Shown in pieces: positions 35,701 to 49,830 of a stretch of 64,000 nucleotides of DNA; within the stretch, counting starts at the first letter, position 1; each line of letters begins with the position of its first letter. A program made the position numbers and the translations under genes. Under the pieces are notes generated by a model. That model saw only the letters and a program-made list of their open reading frames with translations, was not told the DNA's origin and did not search any database. The stretch is from Mytilus trossulus (Eukaryota), in NCBI RefSeq assembly GCF_036588685.1, contig NC_086384.1, positions 17,918,001 through 17,982,000 of the forward strand, in the 5' to 3' direction.

Positions 35701-38700
35701 AATTTGAGGTTTCATTTGAATTAAACCACAAAATCAATACCTATTTATTTAACTCAAACATCTTATAAATGATGAACTGAGGTCAGGTTTAGGTATTCAT
35801 TTACAAAGTTCAGACTTCTAGTATTTTCCCTACGATATTTCTCTCAATAATACCTTTGTTTTGGGTTTTTTTAAAGAAGACTATATATATATAGCTAATA
35901 AAAGGTTATTTGCTAAAACTTGAGCAGAGTCTAGATTTCTTATATTTCCATTTTAGACCTTAATAAAACCTAGTACGAATATTTTGAATTTGTTTTGTCT
36001 AACTTAAAGTATCAATTTTGAATTCTATCTTGTTTTTTGTTTTTTATTTTACTCATGCTTATCCCTAACTATATTTATGTTTTTCCATAAACATTTTCAT
36101 ATGATTATAATGCTTACCCACATGGATCATCAATATGAATAAGTAAATAACATAAATAGAGGCACAATAATTACACATATTAAAACAGAATTTTAAAATG
36201 GATGAACAATTGGCATATCATACACTGTGGGTCGGGGTATGCTTACTTTTTTTGAGCACCTGAGACCATTCACCGATTTTGTATGGGATTAGTGTTTCTT
36301 CAGTCTTTGTTTTTTTTTATTTTGTGTTTTGTGTAATATTAATCTGTTGGTCATTGTTCTTCTTCTTAGCCAGATCGGGGTTTTTTTTTCGTCTTGTGAT
36401 CTTGAGTGTCCCTTTTGTATCTATCGCTTATCTTTTACATGGAATTCAAATGTTACCTCGTTGAAGTTACCACCCAATCATGTATTTGATAAATAAAAAT
36501 GAGGGTTGGATCATTTTTTCATGAAACATTACGCTCATGAACACAGATCACTGTTGTAGCCTTTTAACATAAACTAAATAACAAGACTTATATAACACAT
36601 GAAACTTTAGATTTTATAAACGAAAATAGCATTTTAATCGTTTACATTCCAAAACGCCCAAAACGACCTTATACGATCTGAAACTCTCACAAGAGGGGAG
36701 GTTCAGCTAGTTATAAACCTTGTTTTTAATCAGGAATATGGCAGTTGTATACATTCGTTACGTTGGATTACCAGTATATAGTTGATCGTTTCATTGTGTC
36801 AGGTTTTATGGACCTCTTACCTTAATAAATTTTCTTGAATTTCGGTATATTTGTTAACAGAAGCATGCAAATTTATTTTTGTTCTAGACCGTATTCCGTC
36901 TGACAGCGTCGGAAAAGCATTCTTAACGCTCACACATTCTGTCCGGTTAACATTGACATATCTCTAATAACTTTGAAAATCGAATACCTTTAATTTATAA
37001 AATGTTGATGAAAAGTACAATCTCCGAAAAAGGAATCGGGGATAAGCATGATGAAGTTGCAGTTGTAAATTTGAGAGATTTCCAAAACATTTTAACAGCA
37101 TTTTCGACAAAACAGTATTAGTTTGTCCTTGCCATTGCAAATGTATGTACAACCGTCTGTATGTTTCATATGCAATTGGTTTCGTTATGTGTCGATCAGA
37201 TTGAAAAGGCTGGTGATAGGAAAACCTACTAAACACCTGAAGTCTAAATCTTCCATGACCACACGCGGTAAATGTACCCACTAACGACATTTACAGACAC
37301 AATTTATCGTTTGAGACAACACAAGTGCTAGTTAACTAATACATCAGCACCAATTTAGAAAAAAACATGTTTTGTCGTATGCATGATCTAATCCTCTTTC
37401 ATCGAACGTTATCGCCCAAACACCGGGTTTGTACAAACGCGCACCACGGGCGATGTTACATTGTGGAGGACGAGTTGCTTGCTCTTCCTCTACAATAAAA
37501 CACTTTAAGTTTTTGCATGATGAAAAGAAATACAACATTTCGTCATATTCAATGTATCAGCTCTTTTGAGGTTGTATTTTGATTTTTTTTTCAATTATAC
37601 CTCGAACATTATTATGATTATTGTTTAAATGCTCACCAGATGCATATAATTTGTGCCGTTTAATATGATTCAAGGATATCAATGACCTGTGTATTAAAAT
37701 TCATCTTTTTCCCTTCAAAACTGTAAAATGTATATTGGATGTTTTTGTATCCTTCGCATCTCTTTTGCTCAGAGCTTGTGATAATTGTAATAGTTACCAC
37801 ATACAATCCTAGTGATAATTGAAAATTAATTAAAAGTTGTTAATTTGTGTAAATATCCCTTAAATTTTGTTATAGCAGACAATTGTATTGCAAGTGATTA
37901 CATGGTTCTTTTTTCAAGAATAACGATCTATGGGCTTTTCTAAGAAAAAACAGAGTAAACGATCATTAATAAAAATGTGGTATGCATTAATTAAATGTCG
38001 TTCCAATTCTTAGTTCAAAATAATAAGTGTCCTGAATAATACCCTTTGACGTATTAAATTAACAGTTTATCTCAGAAAACAAATCAAAACTCACAAAGTA
38101 AATAGAAAAGCATTAAGGTGATGATATGTTACAAAGCAACACATTAAAACCCATTGAAAATTGGTCAATGAAAAGTTAATACAATGGTATTTTAAAGTGG
38201 TATAAACAATATGCAATTAGTCTAAATTGATTGGCTGTCTGATAAATAATAAGTCACTGTTTGTTGTGACGTATACTAATTTACATATGCAAATGTTCAC
38301 TGATGCATGTATTTATGAAAGATTAAGTCACTAATTGTATCCAATCTCTTGAAGGATATACAAATGAAGTTATATCCGGTGAGTGCGTTTACTAGTGGAA
38401 CACTTATTGCACTAGAAAAACATTTAACCTTGTGTTGATTTCACTGTAATATATTTCAACTGTTTTTCAAAATTCATGTTTTTCTTAAGTTGACGATTCC
38501 ATATATACTACAAATACGATTTCCCAGAATTGCTTCAGTTTTCTATGAAAAATCTAACCGAAAAAAGAGAACGTTTATGTTTTCTATTGAAACTAGCTCT
38601 ATTACATTTCTGTTTGGAGTTAAAAGCGGAGTTAGCAAATTCATTAAACAAAATCATTTAAGAAGGGATAATACTGAATCTATTTAATTTTCTATCGCTT

Positions 38701-39851
38701 TTTCAATGTACATTTCATCTTATTATGATGATTTCACAGTTGTTTTGTTTTCTCAATTAAAGAGAGAAGTACTTACTTCGTTTCACTACACTAAATATGT
38801 ATTGTAGTGTACGAAGTACACGGAAAGGAAACGAGCGCTGTACGGAGATTGGTGAACAGTTTGATATTGTACTGTATTGATTATCAGATACATTATGTTT
38901 TCAATAGTTGTAAGTGTCTTTGAACTTGTTTTCAGTAACTGCAAGTTCCCTCGGACCTATTCTATGTGTCTTATGTGTTATTTATCTTTATATCGATCTA
39001 TAAAGTTACACTGTTAGTCGTTTTTTATCTGATTTTCCTATATTGTTATTATGTCATGTTGTATTTTCACTTTCAAGATAATTAAAAGGTTGATCGTTCG
39101 CAAATATGTTTAACTCCGGCACATTGTCTATGTATCTGTTTCAAGTCGAAAGCCTGCAATTCAGTGGTAAGCGTGTGTTGCTTGTTATTCTTTTTGTTTG
39201 TCTCTTATTGATTTTTTCATAAATCAGGCTTGTTTGGATAGTTTGTCATTTTGAGACCTCTTAAAGCTTGTACTGCAGTATGGAATTCATTTATGTTTGA
39301 AACCGTACTCATGATAATGTCCTTGGCTGAGAGTTGGCATCTTCTACTTCTTATATCATCGAGTGCAGCAAAATTTAGTATTGACACACTTTTTTACTGT
39401 TTAGATAGATAATTTATTACTCTTAGTATCACTTTTTTTTTATATCACTGTAATGTCAGTGTGACCAGATCATTTATCACAGACGACGGAGGCAGCAACG
39501 TAATAAACATTGCTAGAAGACACAAGTTTGTGTTTACCAGAACATTGAGTACAGTGTTCCAATGCCGAAAATTAAAATACAATACCATCCAGATTTTTAA
39601 ACTCACAATAAGGCTGAAGTAAATAAGAACAAATACTGAATTATACGTTTATCAATAGCATTGTTATACAAAGTAGAAAGATTCAAATATCTCACGAAAT
39701 AACAGACTGAAGAAATGAAAGCAAGAAGTGTATCACAATACTTTTTGCTTCAAGTCAGGCAGTTTGATTCATAGTTCTATAATGTGTTGTTCTATCTGTG
39801 ATGAGATTTTGCTACTTTTGTATCATACCTTGATCCTTGACTGTATATATA

Positions 39852-40702
39852 CAGTCCGCCAAAAGTTAAGCACCACCGAAATATAATTGGCAATATTTTT
39901 TTAACTATTTCGAAAAAAAATATTTATGTTTGGTGTTATGAATAACCTTCAATATACACTAAGAAAATTCATTACGACCAAAAAGATTGAACTCCGATAA
40001 AACAGTCAAGCAACCTTTTATTAAAGGTCATCTGGGCGTTAACAAATACACTGTTTTCCCAGGTGGTCGTATTAGTGTTCGTACATTGGTCCGTCGACTA
40101 CATAGAGGCAACCTAAGAGCCATTCGTGGTGTATAGAGACCTGTAATTACAGGCAGGCACTCTACCGTCAGGTTTGAATGGGAAATTGACGTTCTATGCT
40201 TGAAAATAGGAAGGTGACAAAACACTCATTGGTAAGATGGGAATCAGAATATTTTACTGTCAGTAGATCCTATAATACGAATTTCGCGGGAAAACAAAAC
40301 GGCCGATGACCAAGACAATGTTTGCACAAGGACTGCATTCAGTGCTGGTGTTGTTCCAGAACGGGTTTGCTTCTTATACCGTTATAAGCTGGGTATGCAT
40401 ATTCTGATGGGTAACATAAACGGACAGACATACAGAGATGTGATGCCTTAAAACATTATAGTCCCTTGTTTTAATATCTCCCCACTTGCGTCAACATTGT
40501 CAAGACCCTTGTACATGGACGACAACGCTAGACCACACAGGGCACGGATTTTAACCGAGTCCAAAGAGCAACAAGCCATTTACACTATGTTTTGACCTTT
40601 GCTTTATGATTGTTTTCTTTTTTTCGAGGAAGCATTGATTTTTTATATTTGAAAAACAATCGATGCAATAAAAATCGGTGGTGCTTAACTTTTGGCGGAC
40701 TG
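39852..40702 (+). mobile_element. Internally deleted Tc1/mariner transposon
   Basis: TIR CAGTCCGCCAAAAGTTAAGCACCACCGA, TA TSD; transposase relic LYMDDNARPHRAR at about 40510-40548. Confidence 0.9.
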
Positions 40703-41462
40703 TATATTTTTATTGTAAGGAAATGACATCTTGGACTTTAGACATGTTTGTTTAGCTTCATATGAATTTCATATAACGTCCAAATAAATGTTTTGCATAG
40801 AATAACAACGCTTTCTTTACTGGATATAATCATAAAAGAATTTACGAACCAAAAGCAAACCTTAACTTGTTCATTACTATTGAATACAGATATAATTAGT
40901 GACATGGTTTTATAAGTTTTTTCTTCATTTAATTAAAAATGCAATTTCAACGTGATCACTTCTAAATTTTATGTTTAGTTTTGAGTGTTAACACCGGTAA
41001 CCCGATATTGAACTATTAAATGTAATTACCATGTATATGAAAATCGTCAAAGTTGAAAATGAGGAAAAAATGTCGTGCATCATGTGTGTGATCATAATCA
41101 CTGAGTTATAAAAGGGTTTTAAAATACGACAATTGATGCTATCGGTAAGCAATGTGTCCCGCTTCATATTTGTAATTCTATTCTCGTAATTGAAACTTTA
41201 TATAAATGTAATACCACCTATAGCCTTTGTAAAATTTGTGCTTTTAAAAGACAATCATAATGTATCTGTGTTTTAAATAAAAAATACTTAAATTTCATTC
41301 TGTCAAGTACAATAGTCAAAATTTCACATATTTTTTTGTCATTGCCTTTAATAAAATTTGTCTACCTCTTTTTATGCAACCATATGTGACGTAGTATAGA
41401 TTGGTGGTAATACACCTTAACTTATCTATATAGTTAGTCTTCATTTGAAAAGGGTTTAATAG

Positions 41463-42668
41463 TTAACTTACAATTACGTGAAATGTTGTTATCAAACAGA
41501 GCATTGTGACGTACGAGACAATCAAAAACAAAATATCAAGTCCATAACTTACATCCTTCCAACTTACATATCCAGGAAGAGGAGAGGTTTTACAAATTAC
41601 ATGTTTTTCCTCAGTAATTGGAACTACAGTAACAATATTGTTTTTTCGGGTCCATGGTAGTCGAGATCCAATCAGTTTCCAAAAAGCATTCATTTCCTTC
41701 GTGTCTGCTCTGTAGTACAGATACGTTATAAATATGGACATAACCACGATGACACCACTTATTACGATCGTCATTATCATTATGATTAACAAGTAACACA
41801 TAGGATTTGACGATGCTGGTATGGCTGCAGAGACTAATGTAAGAAAAATTGCGTATGATAGAAGTATTGTCATACCAAGTCCTATGCGTTCTCCGGATTC
41901 AACAGGAAGTAGAAACACTAGCGGGTTAAGTAAACCAAATAGAGTGGTTGGACAAACTACCATAACACTATAATATAAAGACTCTCGTTTTATTGTAAGA
42001 AAAATCTCAAATGTTGAATAGTGGTTCCATATCACAGCCCGTGAATGGTACGATGTTAGATCCCAGTTGGAGTTTGGTGTGTAGAACAACATGCTTATTG
42101 GATCTGAGCTTTCTGTTAACACGGCAGTTTCATTTGAAAGTCCCCATACCGCGAACTTCAAATTACACGTCTGTGAATCGTAAGGGAATTTCGATATGTC
42201 CGTTGTACACTTTGCTGACAATATTCCACCTAAACCCAAAGTCACATTTCCGTCACTATAAATAGTCGCAAGATTGTTTATACTCCCTCCAATGGGTGCT
42301 AAATTGTCGACGGCGTTTACTAAAATCATTGGAGGTTTCCAGATGTGTTTACTTGACACAATAGTGTACGGTATATTACCATAAGAATTAGGATTCCACG
42401 ATATTCCAGCATCATTCCATTCACAATGCAATCCACCTAAAACTTCAATAGTTTCATCAATTTCTTCAAATTTATTGATGCTCATCATATAAAATGTCAT
42501 TTGTATCTGTAACGGCGTGCTGAAATTCGAACGTGGTATTACCTCTTTTTGATGATTAGCAAAAACATCTGCGAATAATTGTTTTTCATCGGAGAGGTTT
42601 TGTCCACTGCAATAGTTCAAGACAAGAATTACTAAAGTCGAAAATAATGAAATGGTGAACATGGTCAT
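41463..42668 (-). CDS. Intronless nicotinic acetylcholine receptor-like subunit (non-alpha), 401 aa
   Basis: Signal peptide, Cys-loop CTTDISKFPYDSQTC, LPVESGER, four TM segments. Confidence 0.94.
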   Translation of the reverse strand: MTMFTISLFSTLVILVLNYCSGQNLSDEKQLFADVFANHQKEVIPRSNFSTPLQIQMTFYMMSINKFEEIDETIEVLGGLHCEWNDAGISWNPNSYGNIPYTIVSSKHIWKPPMILVNAVDNLAPIGGSINNLATIYSDGNVTLGLGGILSAKCTTDISKFPYDSQTCNLKFAVWGLSNETAVLTESSDPISMLFYTPNSNWDLTSYHSRAVIWNHYSTFEIFLTIKRESLYYSVMVVCPTTLFGLLNPLVFLLPVESGERIGLGMTILLSYAIFLTLVSAAIPASSNPMCYLLIIMIMTIVISGVIVVMSIFITYLYYRADTKEMNAFWKLIGSRLPWTRKNNIVTVVPITEEKHVICKTSPLPGYVSWKDVSYGLDILFLIVSYVTMLCLITTFHVIVS

Positions 42669-43475
42669 CGATCAGTTAGACATTATCCAGCGGCACAAAT
42701 ATCAACGAATAATTGATGGTTTGTTATTTTCAGCTAATGTATTTTGAAAATGAAACATTCAATATGGTCAATCAGACTATACCCAGAATCGAAATGAGAC
42801 TTTCAGTTGCTGTTATAATATTTATCTTGTAAGTTGAAACTGATATTTGCGATCGAAATAAAAATGCGACTTTTTTTAAAAAGAAAAGAAAGACATAATC
42901 ATATTTAATTAATACGTTGTAATAGTAGATAAAAGGAAAACATAAATTAGGTTTTATTCAAATATTTAAATAGGATATTTTATATTTTCATGTCAATATT
43001 CTTTGTAACATAACCGTTATGTAAATAATGAGTTTATAATTGTAATTACTTCTCCGTTCAATGGAATCAATTTTAGTTGCATGAAGCCTTGATTAATAGA
43101 CACCAATTTGCTGCATTCAAGAAACTTTCTGCGTCAGCTAATATTTAGACTCCTAGAAATAATTATCTATAATATCTATCTTGTTGATCACACATGCTGA
43201 TTTCTTCATACGTGGTTTTGTTAATTTGCTTGATTTCTAAAAAAACATTATATCGGAAATTCGAAAGTTTAAAGCAAGAAAGGGATTGTAGACGGTATAA
43301 ATTTGCAGCATTGCTACAATCGACAGAATTAAATCAAACCATACAATTACCTGCAGGTCTGTCATACAATAAAGAGATATTAATCTATCTATAAAACCAG
43401 GTTTAAACCACCATTTCCTTAAAAAAAAAATTAAAAAATGCCTGTACCAAGTTATGATTGTGGTTTTCTGTTCTC

Positions 43476-44422
43476 TCTTTTTTTTTTTTTTTTTAACAAC
43501 AAATAAATATTCTTTGTTCATCAAATTGCTTGTTACAACTTTACTTCATTGTCCAAGCTTCAATAAAGTATCCCTGTGAAAAACTTTCTGAGTATCCAGG
43601 AAAATACACCGAATATAATAAAATATAAACATTATTTTTTTCCATCAATGATATAATTTTTTTTTAACTTTATGAAAAATACATTTTGAGATACTGTTCT
43701 TCTCATTCATAAGTCTTCGTAGCTCCTTTATAAACATAGCATACACATCTAAAAAATTCTCTTTTTGCTCGGACACATAGTATGACTTGTCAATACAAAA
43801 ACCTATAATTGTCAAGAAATAATTAAAACCGTTATACCCTTGATCTGATATTTTGTATCCAAATACTATATGTTTTGCCAATATCTTGTTTTGAAAATTC
43901 ATTTTTGCTAGAAGATAATGTACTTTCTGCCAAAAATCTTTCAAAAATGAACATGTAATAAAGAAATGCAAATGACTTCTTCTTCTGTTTTACAAAAGTT
44001 GCATTTATCGTTCTCAGATATTTTCCACTTTAATAGTAAATGCTTTGTAGGAATAATATATTGAACCAGTTTCCATCTGAAAATTTTTAACTTATTTTCC
44101 TTTAAAATTTTAAATATAAAAGCGTATACAAATGGCATCTGTGGTACGTATTCTAATTTTAAATATCTTGTCCAAATGTTGATATCGATTGGCTTTGTAT
44201 ATTTTTTATCTACTTAAGTTTTATAGAGTATTTTATTGTTGATATCTTTTGTTTCAATTTGTTTATTTTGCCATCTTAATTTAACCTTACATATATTGAT
44301 TTTGCTCTTAACGGATTTTTCTTTTTTTTAAACTTGCATCCATTCTTTTGGGATGCAGGATTTTAACATCTTTAATTCTGCAATCAAGTTTGTTTTATTA
44401 ATTAACTTTTTTTAAATAAAAC
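43476..44422 (-). mobile_element. 5'-truncated L1/Tx1-clade LINE
   Basis: C-terminal zf-RVT-like motif (CNFC...HFFITC...FW), polyA tail at about 43478-43494, 11-bp TSD TTTCTGTTCTC (43465-43475, 44423-44433). Confidence 0.85.
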
Positions 44423-46245
44423 TTTCTGTTCTCATGACGTGTTTGGTTTTTTGCTTTTGTCAGTTGCTATAAGGGACTTTTCGTTTTGAATTTTCATGGA
44501 AATTCGGTATTTTTATTACTTTGCTTTTTTATATCACATATTCTGCGTCCGACATCAGTTGTTTTATCAATTTGCTAGGGTTTATCGAAAAACGCAAACA
44601 TTAAGTTAAAAGAAAGAAGGCGTTAGTAGACAGTTTTTATTTGCAGCACTACTATGCGATGGAATTTATAGACACTCATCCACTTACTTAATGCAAATTA
44701 CAAAAACACAAGCATACATTATGCCTATATATACCTGTTTAAACACCTGTAGTATCATTTGTCATATATGAATAAAAGTAGCTATTTGGTTTATGTCTAT
44801 AGATCACTGACATTATGCATAAGGTCTTCAATAATAGATATTTTCTGCGCAAAATATCAAGCTTCAAATTGCCACTGTTTGACAAAATTAAACAGATGAA
44901 AAAAGTAACGCCTTTTGTGCGCAAATACGTGAAATAATTAAAACAATACAATTCATCGTATGATCAGATTCATTCTACAGAACAAATTGGAACAAAAGCA
45001 ATTCAAAGACAACTCATATCAGTGTGACACACCGTGTGATCTTTATTAATGGCGCTTCTTCTTAGTTTCAAAGACAACTATGTTTATATTTTTAATCATA
45101 AATGCAGCTCAGGTCACTGTTTTAGAAAAACTACTTTCATTAAACTTATGATAGTGTCGGACCATTAATTTACCAATACAACTTTTAAAAATATATAAAA
45201 GAAGCCCTTCCCTGATGAAAATTTTGCTTTTGACGTCAATGTTTACTTAAACCTAAAACTAATTTCCAGAAAGACACTTTTGGTGAATATCACTTTTTTT
45301 TTAAATCTAATATATTAGGACTATGGTCCATGTTTCTATGATCAATTAAGACATATATCGACAGGAATATGACAATCGACCATTGAGTAGAATTTTTTTT
45401 TATACAAACACAGCTTTTTCGTTTGGATTGATAATTAAGTAAACCCTACAGGAATTAGATTTTTTTAAGACTCCTTTGATTGCAAAATTAAAAAGAATAC
45501 ATTCAATATATTTGCATTTGATTTTTACTGTTTATCTAATTGAATTTAATTTATCTGAACAATTGTGACAATAATTATAAAGACAAGGATCTGACAAGTA
45601 GTGTTTTTCAAACAGAATGAAATAAGTAATCTGAACTGATAAACTAATGGATATTTGACCAATCGGAACAATGTAAATAGGGATTGTTACCCTCAATATT
45701 AGAATAAAAAAAAGTATCAAAACATTGTAAATTAATATGAGTCATTTTCTGTCAATAAAGCGACCGAATAAAATAGGATGAATGCCTACTGAGGTACTAC
45801 TATCGTATACTATCGAGTTTACCATGAAATACAAAAAACATATTGCGAAAATTTAATATATTTTAAACGAAATTATATGGATCTTTATTTGAAACAGTAC
45901 ACCAGTCAATCATTTGTAATGAGCTGTTATATATTTCGATCATTACCTCGTGTTTTTGAGGGGGGGGGGGGTGTTGCAATTTTTCGCTTTACGGACATAT
46001 TCGGACGGAAAATGGCTGCTAGCTTCAGCCAAGCACTTCCAAAGTCTGATTGAATTTCAATGGAACCCATAATCTAGTTTAACAATCAAGCATCGCATTA
46101 AAAAATATAACCTTTTCATTTAAGGCATCTTACCAATTGGATATATCGTTTTGTTTTTGTAGTTTCTATAGATTTACATGTAAGACTGAAAACAATTTAA
46201 GCTTTTTTTTTTTTTTTATTTCTTATACATTATGTTATATATATG

Positions 46246-47774
46246 TAGGACTCGCAACTGCGATGGTACCCCGAACTGCGATGGTCACGCTGAAGACCGG
46301 TGGTCCACGCTGAAGTGCGTTGCTTAACACACAGGAGTATGAAGTTGACATTGTGACTCTAACTGTTTGTTAGATATGCTGAAGTGCGTTGGTGTGTACG
46401 CTAAAGTGTGATGGTCTAACTAACTGTGACTACCTACATGTAAGCAGGACATATTTTGTTTTCAAATATACTAGTTACTTGTTCTTGTCATATCAAAGCG
46501 AAGAATTTCCTCACAACACTCATTTATCTATTAATCTGATATCGTTACAGTTTTTAAGAAATAAAAACCACTCAGTACATTCATGCTTGACTATATATAT
46601 ATATATAGTGAGACGTGAAGCCTTTTCTGATTAACGATTAGCTGTTTATCTGCTGAGCATCACAAAGTACACCAAAATTGGACCATTCGGGTTTGTTTTG
46701 GCCTAACCAATTGCAGAAGATGATAACTGTATACGCAATAAAGAATTATTTAGATTGCATTACGTCTTGAAAAGCAGGTTTCACACCACATCTTCCTCTA
46801 TCTATTCATCTACTTGATATCACGAAAACATTGCTAATAATTGATTTAATTTATTATTACGTTGTTCAAACAAAATTATGTGATCTAAACTTGAAGAGAA
46901 GAATAAATTAATATTAAGATCAAAACATTTTATTTGGCTTACAAAACGTTTTCTCCATGAATTATACATGATTCCGCAAACACTGGTTACCATATCTGCA
47001 GACCAAGATCATGATTTAGTCGCCTTTGTGTTTTCCGACTTAGTTTGACATATTTTTGTAACCCCCACATCTAATGATTAAATCTGTTCAGGATTTGAAT
47101 CGTTCGTTTCATTCTGTTTCCTTTCATTCGGACGTATGAAACCTACATCTACAAAATCTTATTACCCTGCCTATGTAGTTATAAGATGTGGTATAAGTGC
47201 AAATGAGACAACTCTCCATCCAAGTCACAATTTGTAAAAGTAAACCGTTATAGGTCAAAATAAGGTCTTCAACACGGAGCAATTTAATTTTATAAAGCTG
47301 TATTGGAAAACATCACAAAGTCCAAACGTAATGAAAAACCATCGCACGACAGCGACACGACCTCGAACTTCGGCGTAGACCATCTAACTTCAGCGTGACC
47401 ATCGCACATTCTAATGCAACAACGTTTGTAACGTTCATTTTGATTGGATAAAGTCACTTATTTACACGGCATCAATTGACAATTGATGCTATGGGACGAA
47501 CGCGCAAGCGCAGACGGCATATGACAGATTTTAAATACATGTATTAACGTTGCTTCTATCAGTTTCATTAGAATGGAGATAATAATATTGTGTTTTAAGC
47601 TCCGACGGCATCAATTGGGGATTTGATAGTCGCGAATATCCCTTTACTGTCTCCGCTAACGCGTCGCCAGCACATTTAATTTGCGACCATCAAATCCCCA
47701 ATTGATGCCGTCGGAGCTTAAAATACAATACAGTTATCTCCTAATCAGCGTCCCCATCGCACTTCCGAGTCCTA
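46246..47774. mobile_element. Non-autonomous TIR element with modular ends (TGCGATGG / CGCTGAAG units), carrying nested insertions
   Basis: TAGGACTCG...TGCGATGG mirrored by CCATCGCA...CGAGTCCTA; (TA)n flanks. Confidence 0.7.
47408..47744. mobile_element. Hairpin-bearing non-autonomous element inserted in the right TIR of 46246-47774
   Basis: ~52-bp inverted arms at 47586-47637 and 47678-47730; interrupts the ccatcgcac|tcagcgt module. Confidence 0.7.
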
Positions 47775-48099
47775 AATATATAAATTTATATATTGCCCAT
47801 TTAGGAGTAAGAACAAATTCGGAGTATAGCGTATCCACGGATGGCGGCATGTCTTCCTGTACATTGTATCAGTTGTTTAACTTACCTCGTGAACGTTAAC
47901 GTTAAAACCGACTCGGCGTATCTGTCTTATTCTATAGAAAGTGGGTTTAATGTGACATTGGTTGACTTTTGCTATACCAATACTGATATTAATAAAGATA
48001 TGTTTTAGTGATACAGTTGTGTCAAAAATAATTGATAAATATATTGATGAATGGAAATATTTCCTTTATTCATCCTCTTCCAGACAGGGAAATGGGCGT

Positions 48100-48310
48100 T
48101 TAAAAACGTAAATTATTTTTTAGCAGGATTATGTTGTCGAAAACTGATGAAAACTGTTGAAGTCTTTTAGTGAAAGAACTGTCTTTGTAAAATTAAGATG
48201 TGGGGAGGCTCCTATCAGACTTGAAACTGGAATATATGAAATTTTGCCACTGGAAGAGAGATATTGTTTTATTTTTTTTAAACTGTTGGAGATGTATATA
48301 TTTTGTCAAT
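48100..48310 (+). mobile_element. LINE C-terminal fragment (also at about 52170-52380 and 57530-57740)
   Basis: LRCGVAPIRLETG-Y motif, characteristic of non-LTR RT C-termini. Confidence 0.55.
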
Positions 48311-49600
48311 GAAACTGAATTGTATAAAAATAATTTATTAATTTTCTTTTTACCTTACCTTGGAGGAACATGTGATCCATACACACATGGCGTTCTTTTT
48401 ACCTAGACCAGTGTTAAATCAAGCTAAAGGAAAATAACGCTTGGGACAACAGTAGGGAGAAAATACATGTAAGACATATGACAATTTATAACGATAAATA
48501 ACTTGAAGAACTAAAAATAATAATATGACAGAAAATTCTTCCTATGTTTCTATGTAATAAAATTTACCACAAGCATTCATCGCATCTTCCTCTGCTATTT
48601 TCATGGTGTACGGTTCTGTATAAAAAGATTTCGTGTCTGTACTGCCTCTGACGATACAACACATGTATTATTCAAACAACATAGTCGCGATATATAGCTT
48701 TCTTGTGCAGAGGCGACCTAGATAACCACAAATCAGTCAATCATATAATAAATCATAAAAAATCACCAGCTAGAGAATTGATATGTGTGGAAGCATTACA
48801 ACGCTATACAATCTTCTTTTTTATAATTGTCGGATTTTTCTTCTTTTTGGGACGTGTTATTATAGTATTCTTTTATTTTTCTCTATTTATATTACTTTTA
48901 CGGTTTCGTCTTTTTTTGATGATATCCATTTGACGTGACTCTGTACTTATGCATGCCGTTATTGTGTTATTGTTCTATAATTTGTGTATTCTCATCTTCC
49001 TTTTTGGCTGATTTGCTTAAAGTCTCTGTCTATATGAATGTTTGTTTTTCTTTGATACACATGACGTGGCTCTGTACATATAAATCCCGTCATTTTGTAT
49101 TTGTTCTATGATAATTTTTGTATTCTTCAGTTGTCTTTCATATTTGTTAATGCTTGGTCTATATGCCCTATGGAATCTGATGCGACTGTCATACACATGA
49201 GAGGTTTATCTAGCTATAAAACCAGGTTCATTCCGCCATTTTCTACATACGAAAATGTCTGTACCAATTCAGAAATATGACAATTATCCTTTCGCGTGAA
49301 GTTACCTGGCAAACAAACAAAAAAACGCACTCATTAAGAAACAAATTAAACTATTTTTGAATAAGTTTGTGTAATTTACGCGGTCAGCTTTGATTTACGA
49401 ATTTTTTATCTTTTTTAATCTAGATGCGGAACATAATTGAAAATCGATTTAAGTGACAATATAATTATATATGTTAATATAATTGATATGTTGAGCTGTT
49501 TTTACCAACCTTTTTAATACACAAAACTTTGTTTGATAAATGTCTAGATTTTATTTTAAAAAAGCAACAACTGCAAAATAGTATTATCTTTATATAGTAT

Positions 49601-49830
49601 TACGTGGCTAAATGCAAAAACTGAATAAAGTTTAAAATACTATCTCTTCACCCAAGTAATGGTTTCTTATTTTACATTCGTATCGAAATGTATCGTCGAG
49701 TTTTTATTTTATAATACGTGGCTAAATGCAAAAACTGAATAAAGTTTAAAATATTATCTCTTCACCCAAGTAATGGTTTCTTATTTTACATTCGAATCGA
49801 AATGTATCGTCGAGTTTTTATTTTATAATA
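49601..49830 (+). repeat. 114-bp direct tandem duplication, present in all three segmental copies
   Basis: tacgtggctaaatgc... at 49601 and 49715. Confidence 0.9.
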
